A DNA stretch of 64,000 bases from Escherichia coli (lineage in GTDB: Bacteria; Pseudomonadota; Gammaproteobacteria; Enterobacterales; Enterobacteriaceae), in the NCBI RefSeq assembly GCF_048403405.1, contig NZ_CP183129.1, one strand, 5' to 3'. Shown piece after piece: positions 23,698 to 43,616 of the stretch. The notes under the pieces are model-generated. The model saw nothing but the letters and a program-made list of their open reading frames with translations, was not told where the DNA came from and ran no database searches. Position 1 is the first letter of the stretch; every line of letters begins with the position of its first letter. The translations under genes were made by a program, and so were the position numbers.

Positions 23698-24281
23698 TTT
23701 TACCTCTTTTTTTACATCCCATATTAACGGGGGTGCTTTCTCGCGTTATGCCTAAAAAACATACGCGCAATTGTTATAGTGGGAGGGGAAACGGCAGGTA
23801 ATGTTCACTATCTTGCACTTTCAGACAAGTCCTTTGTAATAATCTGTTACATATAACTGAGGCGGGGAATTCAACCATTCCGGGAAATGTTATCCAGCGT
23901 TAAATTTTTCAAAAAACGTAACGGCAGATTTTTTCACTACCCTGAGAGGGGGATGATGGCTTAACGGCGATATGTTCTGCTATTTAGCGTTTTTCCTAGT
24001 GAGATAGTCCAGTTTCTGAAAAATAGCCAGTGTAATGTTTTGTGGGTCAATATTTGTTGCGTGTGTAAATTTAAATGATTTTAACCTAGTTCTTGCAATG
24101 TTTTTACATTGCCACAGCATCGTGATCTTGATCACGAATGAATAGAAAATTTCGCTATTAAAAAAACAATTAACCTGCATTTTTGGTTATCCGCAAACGG
24201 ATTACCTGATGATAATGCTAATCAATGGCATCATTGACGTTAAAAAGATGTTTTAAAAGAGGATAAAGAAAGGTTATCAAT

Positions 24282-24301
24282 GGGGTAATTGGTGTTACCC
24301 C
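24282..24301 (-). terminator. Hairpin GGGGTAA-TTGGTG-TTACCCC immediately 3' of the nth stop
   Basis: Perfect 7-bp stem, then U-rich tract on the minus transcript. Confidence 0.45.
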
Positions 24302-24307
24302 TTTTCT

Positions 24308-24943
24308 TCAGATGTCAACTTTCTCTTTGTATTCACAAAGATCTTCAATAATACAAGAGCCACAGCGAGGCTTGCGGGCAATACAGGTATAACGCCCGTG
24401 CAGGATCAACCAATGGTGGCAGTCGACTTTAAACTCTGCCGGAACCACTTTCAGTAGCTTTTCTTCTACCTGTTCGACGTTTTTCCCAGGCGCAAATTGA
24501 GTACGATTACAAACGCGGAAAATGTGCGTGTCGACAGCAATAGTCGGCCAGCCGAATGCAGTGTTTAATACGACGTTGGCTGTTTTACGACCTACACCAG
24601 GCAGGGCTTCAAGCGCAGCACGATCTTCCGGAACCTCGCCATTATGCTGTTCCAGTAAGATACGGCAGGTTTTGATGATATTTTCTGCTTTGCTGTTATA
24701 AAGCCCAATCGTTTTGATATAGGTTTTCACCCCTTCAACGCCCAGTTCAAGCATCGCTGTAGGCGTATTAGCCACCGGGTAGAGTTTCGCCGTCGCCTTA
24801 TTAACACTGACATCGGTCGCCTGAGCGGAAAGCAGTACGGCAATCAGCAATTCAAAAGGCGAACTGAAATTAAGCTCGGTGGTGGGATGAGGATTGTTCT
24901 CACGCAGGCGAGTGAGGATCTCCAGGCGTTTTGCTTTGTTCAT
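24308..24943 (-). CDS. nth: Endonuclease III (DNA glycosylase/AP lyase, 4Fe-4S)
   Basis: 211-aa ORF; HhH-GPD; C-terminal Cys cluster. Confidence 0.95.
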   Translation of the reverse strand: MNKAKRLEILTRLRENNPHPTTELNFSSPFELLIAVLLSAQATDVSVNKATAKLYPVANTPTAMLELGVEGVKTYIKTIGLYNSKAENIIKTCRILLEQHNGEVPEDRAALEALPGVGRKTANVVLNTAFGWPTIAVDTHIFRVCNRTQFAPGKNVEQVEEKLLKVVPAEFKVDCHHWLILHGRYTCIARKPRCGSCIIEDLCEYKEKVDI

Positions 24944-25638
24944 CAGACATTCCCTGTTTCACCGTTTGGCAATGCACGTTCGGCAGCTGCTTCAGCACGG
25001 CGCTTTTTCATTCTTTCATCAATCAGGTATTTTCCTGCCAGCATCAGTCCCAGGCCAATAAATGCACCTGGTGGCAGCATCGCCAGCAGGAAAGGGGAGT
25101 CGGTGTGGAAAATTTCCACGCGTAATACTTTTGCCCAGCTACCTAACAGCGCATCTGCACCGTCAAACAACGTGCCATTGCCGATAATTTCGCGTAGTGA
25201 ACCCAGCACGAACATGGCGCAGGTTGCGCCCATACCAATTGAAAAGCCGTCCAGTGCCGAAAGCGCCGGACCTTTTTTGGCGGCGAAGGCTTCAGCGCGG
25301 CCCACAACGATACAGTTAGTGACAATCAGCGGAATAAAAATCCCTAATGATTGATACAGGCCAAAGGCGTAGGCGTTGATCAGCATCTGTACAGCGCTGA
25401 CCACCGAGGCGATGATCATCACGTAAATGGGAATGCGGATCTCGGCTGGCGTCCAGTGACGCAGCGTCGAAATGGTCAAGTTGGTCAGCGTCAGTACCAG
25501 CGTAGTCGCAAGTCCTAAACCCAGAGCGTTAGTGGCAGTGGACGTGACCGCCAATAGCGGACAGAGGCCGAGCAGCTGGACCAGCGCAGAGTTGTTTTTC
25601 CACAACCCCTGAACAATAACGTCTTTAATTTCGCTCAC
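24943..25638 (-). CDS. rsxE: Rnf/Rsx electron transport complex subunit E
   Basis: 231-aa polytopic membrane protein. Confidence 0.93.
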   Translation of the reverse strand: MSEIKDVIVQGLWKNNSALVQLLGLCPLLAVTSTATNALGLGLATTLVLTLTNLTISTLRHWTPAEIRIPIYVMIIASVVSAVQMLINAYAFGLYQSLGIFIPLIVTNCIVVGRAEAFAAKKGPALSALDGFSIGMGATCAMFVLGSLREIIGNGTLFDGADALLGSWAKVLRVEIFHTDSPFLLAMLPPGAFIGLGLMLAGKYLIDERMKKRRAEAAAERALPNGETGNV

Positions 25639-25641
25639 GCT

Positions 25642-26262
25642 TTATTCTCCACAGGCAGGAAGTTGAGAAAGTTGTGACGGTAACGTCTGAGCGTACAATC
25701 CGGCGCGTTTTACCGCATTAACCACCGCGCGGGGAGTAATCGTCGCGCCGGTGAACTGGTCGAAATCACCACCATCTTTCTTCACCGCCCAGTGCGCATC
25801 ATCCGCACCACTGATTTTTTTACCCGCAAAATGGGTGATCCAGTCAGAAAGGCGCAGTTCGATTTTATCGCCAAGCCCTGGCGTTTCGTGGTGCTCTGTC
25901 ACGCGCGTGCCTAGTACCGTGCCGTTAAAATCGGCACCCACCAGCAGCTGAATCGCACCAGAATAGCCATCTGGCGCGGTTGCTTCCAGAACGGCGGCTA
26001 CCGGTTTGTCATCCTGTTTGGCGATGTAAACCCGATGCTCACCTTTACCTAACTCTGGCGCAGTTACCAGATAGCAACTCTGTGCCAGCGCATTGTTATA
26101 GCGTTCGGCTGGCAGCACCTGATCAAATAACGCCTTTTGTTGCAGACTGGCCTGTTCAGCAATTGTCGTTTTGGTCATCTGGTTGATGGCCGCAGTTAAC
26201 CCTGTAGAACCCGCTGCAAATAGTGCCAACGTAATGCCGTGTTTTCGGATAGTTTTCAGCAT
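25642..26262 (-). CDS. rsxG: Rnf/Rsx complex subunit G (FMN-binding)
   Basis: 206-aa ORF. Confidence 0.9.
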   Translation of the reverse strand: MLKTIRKHGITLALFAAGSTGLTAAINQMTKTTIAEQASLQQKALFDQVLPAERYNNALAQSCYLVTAPELGKGEHRVYIAKQDDKPVAAVLEATAPDGYSGAIQLLVGADFNGTVLGTRVTEHHETPGLGDKIELRLSDWITHFAGKKISGADDAHWAVKKDGGDFDQFTGATITPRAVVNAVKRAGLYAQTLPSQLSQLPACGE

Positions 26263-26265
26263 GGT

Positions 26266-27324
26266 TTACCCTTTGCGATGGCCGTAGACGCGCGGACGCG
26301 TGTAGTAATCGATCAGAGGAACCGTGATGTTCGCCAGCAGGACGGCAAAAGCCACGCCGTCAGGATAGCCGCCGAAACTGCGGATCAACCAGACTAATAA
26401 GCCCGCCAGCGCGCCGAAAATAAGACGACCACGATTGGTCGTAGAAGCGGTAACCGGGTCAGTCAAAATAAAGAATGCGCCGAGCATGGTCGCTCCAGAC
26501 AGCAGATGAATTTGCGGTGCTGCCAGTGTTTCTGGTGAGAACAACCAGCCCAACGTTGCGCATAACGCCAGCGTTACTAAGAAGCTGAGGGGAATATGCC
26601 AGCGAATCGCTTTCTGCCACAGCAACCATACGCCGCCAGCCAGCCAGGCGAGATTTACCCATTGCCAACCAACGCCCGCCAGCATACCGCTGTAGATCGG
26701 ATATTGCATAATCTGTTCAACCGAATGACCGGCACGGACAGAGGTTTTAAATGTATCCAGCGGTGTCGCCTGACTAATGCCATCAATACCTAAGCGTAGC
26801 GTGTTCATATCACCACCACTGGCTGTATGTCCGCTGAAAATAACCTGTATGGCGTCGATAAAACCAGGGATGTTGACCGCAATTTCATGTGGCGGTAACC
26901 AGCTGGTCATCTGCACCGGGAAGGAGATCAGTAAGACCACATAACCAATCATTGCCGGATTAAACGGGTTTTGCCCCAGACCGCCATACAACTGTTTAGC
27001 GATGATCACCGCAAACACCGTACCCAGCACGACCATCCACCATGGCGCGAGGGGGGGAATACTTACCGCCAGCAATAAGCCTGTCAGCAATGCTGAGTTA
27101 TCTTTCAACGTTGCGGCTACCGACTGCTTGCGTAGTTTGAGTACGAGAGCTTCGGCTAACAGAGCACTGACCGACGCCAACAGGATCTGAACGAGAGTAC
27201 CCCAACCAAAAAACCACAGTTGCGCTGCGATTCCTGGCACGGCTGCGAGCAACACCAACAGCATAATGCGCGATGTCTGGCGCTGGTTATGGGTATAAGG
27301 GGAGCTAGCTATTCTGAATACCAT
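26266..27324 (-). CDS. rsxD: Rnf/Rsx complex subunit D
   Basis: 352-aa membrane protein. Confidence 0.93.
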   Translation of the reverse strand: MVFRIASSPYTHNQRQTSRIMLLVLLAAVPGIAAQLWFFGWGTLVQILLASVSALLAEALVLKLRKQSVAATLKDNSALLTGLLLAVSIPPLAPWWMVVLGTVFAVIIAKQLYGGLGQNPFNPAMIGYVVLLISFPVQMTSWLPPHEIAVNIPGFIDAIQVIFSGHTASGGDMNTLRLGIDGISQATPLDTFKTSVRAGHSVEQIMQYPIYSGMLAGVGWQWVNLAWLAGGVWLLWQKAIRWHIPLSFLVTLALCATLGWLFSPETLAAPQIHLLSGATMLGAFFILTDPVTASTTNRGRLIFGALAGLLVWLIRSFGGYPDGVAFAVLLANITVPLIDYYTRPRVYGHRKG

Positions 27325-30117
<2,793 letters not shown>

Positions 30118-30118
<1 letters not shown>

Positions 30119-30699
30119 TACAACTTCACCAAACCACTAAAGCCCATAAAGGCCAGAGACATAAGACCTGCGGTAATTAACGCAATGGCATTACCGCGAA
30201 AAGGTGCCGGGACATCAGCCACAGCAAGGCGTTCGCGGATGGCGGCGAAAAGCACCATCACCAGCGAGAAACCGACAGCGGCGGAAAAACCGTACAGCGC
30301 CGACTGCAAGAAATTGTGCCCGAGATTGATATTCAGCAACGCCACGCCGAGCACTGCACAGTTGGTGGTGATAAGCGGCAAAAAAATCCCCAGCAGACGG
30401 TAAAGCACCGGGCTGGTTTTGCGCACCACCATCTCGGTGAACTGCACAACCACAGCAATCACCAGAATAAACGCCAGGGTGCGCAGGTAAATCAGATTAA
30501 GCGGGATCAAAATCCACGTATCGATAAGCCAGGCGCAAATAGACGCCAGCGTCATCACAAACGTTGTAGCCAGCCCCATGCCCATCGCGGTTTCCAGCTT
30601 TTTGGAAACCCCCATAAACGGACAGAGACCGAGAAACTTGACCAGTACAAAGTTATTGACCAGTACAGTTCCGACAAACAGTAACAGGTAGTCAGTCAT
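30118..30699 (-). CDS. rsxA: Rnf/Rsx complex subunit A
   Basis: 193-aa membrane protein. Confidence 0.93.
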
Positions 30700-30775
30700 T
30701 TTTCGGCCTGAAATAAAAAAGCCGCCTATTATCCGTTAATCCAGAGCAGGCGACAACAGGTTAACTGTAAGGTTA

Positions 30776-31216
30776 TTACGGATTCACAAACGTCGCTTTC
30801 GCCCGCGACGAGCGTTTAAAATAGGGGACGATCAATGCGGTTGCCAACAAAGTAAACAGTAACTGGCGAACGGCTATGCCATCTTCCACGGGTGAAAAAG
30901 CGAACGCTTTTACTGCCAGCAATACGGAAATAAGCAGCCAGATAATATAGTGTTTAGGAACACAACGCCGACGTTTAAAGAAAGCGATGGTCAACCACAG
31001 TGTGTAATACCACATGGCGATAGCGGTAATAAAAGAAACGCCCCATAAGATTTGTGTCGTCAGTGCTTGTTCGCCGAGCGTTTGAAATGTTTTCGGAGAA
31101 GATAACGCAGCGGTATACAGCAACAACGCCAGCGTCGTACTTAACAGAGCGACTAAAAGCCAGGCCAATGGGCCAAGCAACCAGCCTCCAATACGTTGTG
31201 GCGTTGTGGTGGTCAT
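30776..31216 (-). CDS. ydgK: Inner membrane protein YdgK
   Basis: 146-aa product from the ATG at 31214-31216; four predicted TM segments. Confidence 0.8.
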   Translation of the reverse strand: MTTTTPQRIGGWLLGPLAWLLVALLSTTLALLLYTAALSSPKTFQTLGEQALTTQILWGVSFITAIAMWYYTLWLTIAFFKRRRCVPKHYIIWLLISVLLAVKAFAFSPVEDGIAVRQLLFTLLATALIVPYFKRSSRAKATFVNP

Positions 31217-31301
31217 AGGTTCTCCAGAATAGCGACGCAAACAGGCAAATCTAATTTTAGGGGCGTTATTATAAGGCTTTTATAACCGATCGCTACTTTC
31301 T

Positions 31302-31517
31302 TTATTGGACATAGTGCCAGACGGACTTCGGTACCTGGCCGAGGTCAAACAAACGCCCGCCAGAAACCAGCTCTGCGCGACGGTGATCGGCAGCACGATA
31401 CATATTGATCAGTTCCTGATCGTCCGTCAGGGTGTAATTAAGATGGTCGTAGAGTTTTTCCAAACTTTCGAGTGAACTGATTTTGCGAAATTTTAATAAG
31501 TAGTCCTGAACAGTCAT
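31302..31517 (-). CDS. cnu: Hha/YmoA-family oriC-binding nucleoid-associated protein
   Basis: 71-aa ORF. Confidence 0.9.
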
Positions 31518-31789
31518 AAAAGGTCCATAAAATAATTAATACCAAAGGGGTAGGTATTATTAGTGATGATAAAATTTCACCAAAAGTGAACGCGTGTGTT
31601 ATTACAATAATAAGAATGCGCTGATGGCAAATATTCAGGGATGAAAAACTGCTCTGAAAAGAGTAACGCGCTTTACTATCTCTGACAATCACCAACAACA
31701 TCGAACAAGATAATAAATTCCTGGTTTAATATCCGACAAGTGAAAACATGCACCCGGACGGGCAGCATGTCGCTCTACAAGCGCAGAGC

Positions 31790-31915
31790 TTACTTGTGTT
31801 GTACCGTAGTACTCTGTTCAGGTGGCTGATAGTTGTCAATGTGACTCGCCACGCCAAGAAGAATGACTGAAACGACAAGAACGATCCAACCTGTTAATTC
31901 AATAAGACGATTCAT
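31790..31915 (-). CDS. blr: Small membrane protein Blr (41 aa)
   Basis: Internal ATG at 31913-31915 gives MNRLIELTGWIVLVVSVILLGV...; single TM; the ORF track overextends to 31990. Confidence 0.7.
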   Translation of the reverse strand: MNRLIELTGWIVLVVSVILLGVASHIDNYQPPEQSTTVQHK

Positions 31916-32157
31916 TACAGCCCACATCTCTGTTGATTGATCCATTAACTTCAGGGGGTAAATGTTACTTAGCAATAATAGCTCCAGCAAGATTTTTACT
32001 GAGGTTTTTGCGATATTTAGCTTTTGTCGTTGGAAAATTCGCTATTTTTTTGACTTAAGTTAAACAACATCCCTTATTGCTGGCAGGTTATTAAACTGTT
32101 GAGCGAGGGTAAAGGATAGTGTCAAATAGCCATCATACTTCAATGAGAGGCAATGAC

Positions 32158-33198
32158 ATGAGCGACAACATCCGTGTTGGGTTGATTGGGTATGGTTATG
32201 CGAGCAAAACCTTCCATGCGCCCCTGATTGCGGGCACGCCCGGGCTGGAACTGGCGGTAATCTCCAGCAGCGATGAAACAAAAGTAAAAGCCGACTGGCC
32301 AACGGTTACGGTTGTCTCTGAGCCGAAGCATCTGTTTAACGATCCCAACATAGACCTGATTGTCATTCCTACACCCAACGATACCCATTTCCCGTTAGCC
32401 AAAGCGGCGCTTGAGGCGGGTAAACATGTGGTCGTTGATAAACCCTTTACCGTGACACTGTCACAAGCGCGAGAGCTGGAAGCGCTGGCAAAAAGCCTGG
32501 GGCGTGTGCTGTCTGTATTCCATAACCGTCGCTGGGATAGCGATTTCCTGACGCTAAAAGGTTTGCTCGCGGAAGGCGTACTGGGTGAAGTTGCTTACTT
32601 TGAGTCTCATTTTGACCGCTTCCGTCCGCAGGTGCGCGATCGTTGGCGTGAACAGGGCGGCCCTGGCAGCGGTATCTGGTACGATTTAGCACCGCATCTT
32701 CTTGATCAGGCCATTACGCTATTTGGTTTACCGGTTAGCATGACGGTAGATTTGGCACAGTTACGGCCCGGAGCGCAGTCGACTGATTATTTCCACGCCA
32801 TCTTGTCCTATCCGCAGCGGCGAGTCATTTTACACGGCACCATGCTGGCAGCCGCTGAGTCAGCACGTTATATCGTGCATGGATCCCGAGGCAGTTATGT
32901 GAAATATGGCCTCGATCCACAGGAAGAACGTCTGAAAAATGGCGAGCGTCTGCCGCAGGAAGACTGGGGCTACGATATGCGTGATGGCGTACTTACCCGC
33001 GTGGAAGGTGAGGAACGTGTCGAAGAAACGCTGTTGACAGTACCAGGGAATTATCCGGCTTACTATGCGGCTATTCGTGATGCGTTAAATGGCGATGGTG
33101 AAAATCCGGTTCCGGCAAGTCAGGCAATCCAGGTAATGGAGTTGATTGAGCTGGGCATCGAATCCGCCAAACATCGCGCGACGCTGTGCCTTGCGTGA
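32158..33198 (+). CDS. ydgJ: Gfo/Idh/MocA-family oxidoreductase
   Basis: 346-aa product from the ATG at 32158 (SD GAGAGG); N-terminal Rossmann GYGYAS. Confidence 0.85.
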   Translation: MSDNIRVGLIGYGYASKTFHAPLIAGTPGLELAVISSSDETKVKADWPTVTVVSEPKHLFNDPNIDLIVIPTPNDTHFPLAKAALEAGKHVVVDKPFTVTLSQARELEALAKSLGRVLSVFHNRRWDSDFLTLKGLLAEGVLGEVAYFESHFDRFRPQVRDRWREQGGPGSGIWYDLAPHLLDQAITLFGLPVSMTVDLAQLRPGAQSTDYFHAILSYPQRRVILHGTMLAAAESARYIVHGSRGSYVKYGLDPQEERLKNGERLPQEDWGYDMRDGVLTRVEGEERVEETLLTVPGNYPAYYAAIRDALNGDGENPVPASQAIQVMELIELGIESAKHRATLCLA

Positions 33199-33203
33199 AA
33201 AGA

Positions 33204-33233
33204 GGATGGTGCAATTAGCACCATCCATTTTTG
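33204..33233. terminator. Bidirectional terminator GGATGGTGC-AATTA-GCACCATCC + T-run between ydgJ and add
   Basis: Perfect 9-bp stem flanked by A- and T-runs. Confidence 0.75.
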
Positions 33234-34235
33234 TTACTTCGCAGCGACTTTTTCTCGCAGTGCGCGTTTTTCCTCTGCGCTGAGGAAAGCCATTTCCAGA
33301 CCATTAATCTGCGCCTGGCGGATTTGCTCGCGGGATAACCCAGCAGCCGGCGCGGCAACGGTATATTCGTGAATGATATCCACTCCCTGTACGCCGGGAT
33401 CGTCAGTGTTAATGCTGGCACGAATGCCATGCTCAAGGAACGTTTTCAGCGGATGTGCCGCCAGCTCTGCCACGGTGCTGGTCTGAATATTGGAGGTCAG
33501 ACAGGATTCAATACCAATTTGCTGCTCGGCGAGAAAATCCATCAGCGCCCGATCTTCAATGGCTTTTACGCCATGTCCAATACGTTCCGCCCCCAGTTCA
33601 CGAATCGCCTGCCAGATGCTTTCCGGCCCGGCAGCTTCGCCTGCATGGACGGTAATATGCCAGCCCGCATCACGCGCGCGGTTGAAGTGAGAAAGGAACA
33701 GACTTCCCGGGAAACCAAGTTCATCACCGGCTAAATCAAGTGCGGTAATCTGGTCACGATGGGCTAAAAAGGCCTCCAGCTCTTGCTGACAGGCAGCTTC
33801 ACCGAAGGTCCGGCTCATAATGCCGATAAGCTTCGCCTGCACACCAAAGGTACGGCAACCTTCACATACGCCATCGATCACCGCTTCGACAACACCCGCT
33901 ACAGGCAGCTGATGAGCCATTGCCATGTAGCCCGGTGAAAAACGCAGCTCGACATAGTGCAGGCCGTTACGGGATGCATCTTCAATGTTTTCAAATGCCA
34001 CGCGGCGACAGGCATCAAGAGAGGCGAGAACTTTAACGCCCCAGTCAAGTTTGGTCAGAAAGCTCACCAGATCGGGTTCGTTGGCAATGACCTGAACGTG
34101 GGGAATCAGTGTTGCCAGGGATTGTGCAGGAAGCGAGATATTATACTGGCGGCCAAGTTCAAGAATGGTCTGGGGACGAATGTTGCCATCAAGGTGGCGA
34201 TGGATATCAGTTAATGGCAGGGTGGTATCAATCAT
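33234..34235 (-). CDS. add: Adenosine deaminase
   Basis: 333-aa ORF. Confidence 0.95.
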   Translation of the reverse strand: MIDTTLPLTDIHRHLDGNIRPQTILELGRQYNISLPAQSLATLIPHVQVIANEPDLVSFLTKLDWGVKVLASLDACRRVAFENIEDASRNGLHYVELRFSPGYMAMAHQLPVAGVVEAVIDGVCEGCRTFGVQAKLIGIMSRTFGEAACQQELEAFLAHRDQITALDLAGDELGFPGSLFLSHFNRARDAGWHITVHAGEAAGPESIWQAIRELGAERIGHGVKAIEDRALMDFLAEQQIGIESCLTSNIQTSTVAELAAHPLKTFLEHGIRASINTDDPGVQGVDIIHEYTVAAPAAGLSREQIRQAQINGLEMAFLSAEEKRALREKVAAK

Positions 34236-34303
34236 GGTCGCACTCTTTTTCTGGATATAAAAGTGCGCACCATTATAAAAACAAAGCAGGGTAAAAATCC
34301 ACG

Positions 34304-34333
34304 ATTGCGCAACGATTTTTTACGTTGCGCAAT
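34304..34333 (-). terminator. Hairpin ATTGCGCAACG / CGTTGCGCAAT downstream of malY
   Basis: 11-bp stem with an 8-nt loop. Confidence 0.55.
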
Positions 34334-34338
34334 TGGGG

Positions 34339-35511
34339 TTAGCGAACAGCGCGGATGGCGTTAATTAATCCAGCCACACCTTTTTCCAGTTTCGAACGCG
34401 GGCACCCGGCATTGAGACGGACAAAACCACGACCTTCTTCACCGTAGGTATACCCCGGCATGATCGCGACCTTCTCTTGCTCGATAAGCGCTTTTTGCAA
34501 CGCGTTGTCGTCAATATTCAACGGACGTAGATCAATCCAGGCCAGATAAGTGGATTGCGGGATCTGCCAGTTGAGTTCAGGGAACGCGGCGTTCATTTTA
34601 TCTGCGATATACGTCAGGTTATCTTTCAGATAGACGCGTAAGGCATCCAGCCACGGCGCGCCTTGCTGATAGGCGGCGATATGGGCAGTTAACGCCAGTA
34701 CTGAAGGGGAAGAAAGGCCATCACGTCCTTTCAGTGCCGATAAATAGGCATCACGGCTGCTGCTATTTTCTATAATCCCGTAAGCACCGGTCAGGGCGGG
34801 AATATTGAAACTTTTCGATCCCGACGTTAGCAATGCCCAGTCTCCGCGCGCCACATTACTCCAGGGAATATGCGGCTGCTCGCCCCAAACCATATCCATA
34901 TGGATTTCATCGGAAATAACCCGCACACCATGACGCTCGCACAGGTCAGCCATGATCTCCAGCTCATCGCACGTCCACACTTTCCCGGTAGGATTCTGTG
35001 GGCTACACAGGAGCATAATTTTACATTCTGGTTTCGCCAACACGGCTTCCAGCTTGCCCATATCGCAAAACCAGCCGTCAGCCTGCTTCTCTAAAGCAAC
35101 GGGCATTACTGTGCGCTGGTTACCTTCAATGGCCTTGTAAAATGCGTCATAGGCGGGTGTGTGGATCACCACGCCTTCACCTGTTTCAGACCACTGACGA
35201 ATCAGTTCTGAAACCATATAGATAACAGAAGGGCCATACACCACCGATTGCGTATCAATTGCGGTGTAATGCTGGGTGGAAAACCAGTGGGCAATAGCCG
35301 CGAGAAACTCATCGTTTTTCCAGCGGCTGTAGCCAAACACGCCGTGCATCAGGCGCTGATTCAGCGCCTCGATAATGCAGGGGGCAGTGGCAAAATCCAT
35401 GTCTGAAATCGTGAACGGTAACAGGTCAGCAGTGCCGAAACGGTCAGCGACATAATCCCACTGCGTACACCATGTGCCATGACGATCCACGACCTTTGAA
35501 AAATCGAACAT
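34339..35511 (-). CDS. malY: PLP-dependent cystathionine beta-lyase / MalT antagonist
   Basis: 390-aa ORF, aminotransferase class I/II. Confidence 0.93.
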   Translation of the reverse strand: MFDFSKVVDRHGTWCTQWDYVADRFGTADLLPFTISDMDFATAPCIIEALNQRLMHGVFGYSRWKNDEFLAAIAHWFSTQHYTAIDTQSVVYGPSVIYMVSELIRQWSETGEGVVIHTPAYDAFYKAIEGNQRTVMPVALEKQADGWFCDMGKLEAVLAKPECKIMLLCSPQNPTGKVWTCDELEIMADLCERHGVRVISDEIHMDMVWGEQPHIPWSNVARGDWALLTSGSKSFNIPALTGAYGIIENSSSRDAYLSALKGRDGLSSPSVLALTAHIAAYQQGAPWLDALRVYLKDNLTYIADKMNAAFPELNWQIPQSTYLAWIDLRPLNIDDNALQKALIEQEKVAIMPGYTYGEEGRGFVRLNAGCPRSKLEKGVAGLINAIRAVR

Positions 35512-35520
35512 ATCTTATCC

Positions 35521-38316
<2,796 letters not shown>

Positions 38317-38427
38317 CCCTCTCTTTATCTGCTATACCTGGTAGTGTCCTTTCCTCAAGGTTAATGATAAAAAATGTGGCACACAGGCGGTGCCTTTTAT
38401 TTTTACTGAAGTTCACAGGAGGTTTAT

Positions 38428-39195
38428 GTGTTTAATTCTGACAACCTGAGACTCGACGGAAAATGTGCCATCATCACAGGTGCCGGTGCAGGTATTGGTA
38501 AAGAAATTGCCATTACATTCGCGACAGCTGGCGCATCTGTGGTGGTCAGTGATATTAACGCCGATGCAGCTAATCATGTTGTAGATGAAATTCAACAACT
38601 GGGTGGTCAGGCATTTGCCTGGCGCTGCGATATTACTTCCGAACAGGAACTCTCTGCACTGGCAGACTTTGCCGTCAGTAAGCTGGGTAAAGTTGATATC
38701 CTGGTTAACAACGCCGGTGGCGGTGGGCCTAAACCGTTTGATATGCCAATGGCAGATTTTCGCCGCGCTTATGAACTGAATGTATTTTCTTTTTTCCATC
38801 TGTCACAACTTGTTGCGCCAGAAATGGAAAAAAATGGCGGTGGCGTTATTCTGACCATTACTTCTATGGCGGCAGAAAATAAAAATATAAACATGACCTC
38901 CTATGCATCATCTAAAGCTGCGGCCAGTCATCTGGTCAGAAACATGGCGTTTGACCTGGGTGAAAAAAATATTCGGGTGAATGGCATTGCGCCGGGGGCA
39001 ATATTAACCGATGCCCTGAAATCCGTTATTACACCTGAAATTGAACAAAAAATGTTACAGCACACACCGATTAGACGTCTGGGCCAACCGCAAGATATTG
39101 CTAACGCGGCGCTGTTCCTTTGCTCGCCTGCAGCCAGCTGGGTAAGCGGACAAATTCTCACCGTCTCCGGTGGTGGGGTACAGGAGCTCAATTAA
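38428..39195 (+). CDS. hdhA: 7-alpha-hydroxysteroid dehydrogenase (SDR)
   Basis: 255-aa ORF; GxxxGxG and YxxxK SDR motifs. Confidence 0.93.
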   Translation: MFNSDNLRLDGKCAIITGAGAGIGKEIAITFATAGASVVVSDINADAANHVVDEIQQLGGQAFAWRCDITSEQELSALADFAVSKLGKVDILVNNAGGGGPKPFDMPMADFRRAYELNVFSFFHLSQLVAPEMEKNGGGVILTITSMAAENKNINMTSYASSKAAASHLVRNMAFDLGEKNIRVNGIAPGAILTDALKSVITPEIEQKMLQHTPIRRLGQPQDIANAALFLCSPAASWVSGQILTVSGGGVQELN

Positions 39196-39207
39196 TACAC
39201 TAACGGA

Positions 39208-39238
39208 CCGGTAAACAACCGTGCGTGTTGTTTACCGG
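39208..39238 (+). terminator. Hairpin CCGGTAAACAAC-CGTGCGT-GTTGTTTACCGG after hdhA
   Basis: 12-bp perfect stem; weak U tract. Confidence 0.45.
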
Positions 39239-39415
39239 GATAAACTCATCAACGTCTCAGCTAAATAACTGGCAGCCAAATCACGGCTATTGGTTAACCA
39301 ATTTCCGAGTGAAAAGTATACGAATAGAGTGTGCCTTCGCACTATTCAACAGCAATGATAGGCGCTCACCTGACAACGCGGTAAACTAGTTATTCACGCT
39401 AACTATAATGGTTTA

Positions 39416-40006
39416 ATGATGGATAACATGCAGACTGAAGCACAACCGACACGGACCTGGATCCTCAATGCTGCCAGAGAGATTTTTTCAGAAAATGGAT
39501 TTCACAGTGCCTCGATGAAAGCCATCTGTAAATCTTGCGCCATTAGTCCCGGGACGCTCTATCACCATTTCATCTCCAAAGAAGCCCTGATTCAGGCGAT
39601 TATCTTACAGGACCAGGAGAGGGCGCTGGCCCGTTTCCGGGAACCGATTGAAGGGATTCATTTCGTTGACTATATGGTCAAGTCTATTGTCTCTCTCACC
39701 CATGAAGCCTTTGGACAACGGGCGCTGGTGGTCGAAATTATGGCGGAAGGGATGCGTAACCCACAGGTCGCCGCCATGCTTAAAAATAAGCATATGACGA
39801 TCACGGAATTTGTTGCCCAGCGGATGCGTGATGCCCAGCAAAAAGGCGAGATAAGCCCAGACATCAACACGGCAATGACTTCACGTTTACTGCTGGATCT
39901 GACCTACGGTGTACTGGCCGATATCGAAGCGGAAGATCTGGCGCGTGAAGCGTCGTTTGCTCAGGGATTACGCGCGATGATTGGCGGTATCTTAACCGCA
40001 TCCTGA
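39416..40006 (+). CDS. uidR: TetR-family repressor of the uid operon
   Basis: 196-aa ORF. Confidence 0.9.
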   Translation: MMDNMQTEAQPTRTWILNAAREIFSENGFHSASMKAICKSCAISPGTLYHHFISKEALIQAIILQDQERALARFREPIEGIHFVDYMVKSIVSLTHEAFGQRALVVEIMAEGMRNPQVAAMLKNKHMTITEFVAQRMRDAQQKGEISPDINTAMTSRLLLDLTYGVLADIEAEDLAREASFAQGLRAMIGGILTAS

Positions 40007-40160
40007 TCCTCTCTCTCTTTCCGCGGGCTGGTGACAACTGAGCCCGCGTTTCATATCGTAATTTCTCTGTGCAAAAATTATCCTTCCCGGGTTCGGAGAA
40101 TTCCCCCCAAAATATTCACTGTAGCCATATGTCATGAGAGTTTATCGTTCCCAATATGCT

Positions 40161-40174
40161 CGAACGAACGTTCG
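40161..40174. promoter_or_regulatory. Palindrome CGAACG-AA-CGTTCG in the uidA control region (candidate operator)
   Basis: Perfect 6-2-6 inverted repeat. Confidence 0.4.
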
Positions 40175-40320
40175 ATTGCTTATTTTGTGTCTTATGTCAA
40201 CGCTGTTTTAAAGATTAATGCGATCTATATCACGCTGTGGGTATTGCAGTTTTTGGTTTTTTGATCCCGGTGTCAGTTCTTTTTATTTCCATTTCTCTTC
40301 CATGGGTTTCTCACAGATAA

Positions 40321-40335
40321 CTGTGTGCAACACAG
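40321..40335. promoter_or_regulatory. Palindrome CTGTGT-GCA-ACACAG about 60 bp upstream of uidA (candidate UidR/UxuR operator)
   Basis: Perfect 6-3-6 inverted repeat. Confidence 0.45.
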
Positions 40336-40345
40336 AATTGGTTAA

Positions 40346-43578
<3,233 letters not shown>

Positions 43579-43616
43579 TATTCAATAAAAATAATCAGAA
43601 CATCAAAGGTGCAACT

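Noticed and set aside
23980-24180. 66-aa minus-strand ORF in the dtpA upstream region
   Set aside because: AT-rich low-complexity translation (many F/I/K/N), no Shine-Dalgarno; more likely a chance ORF in AT-rich DNA.
40031-40264. 77-aa ORF in the uidR-uidA intergenic region
   Set aside because: It overlaps the uidA promoter and operator palindromes, has no ribosome-binding site, and gives a hydrophobic low-complexity translation.
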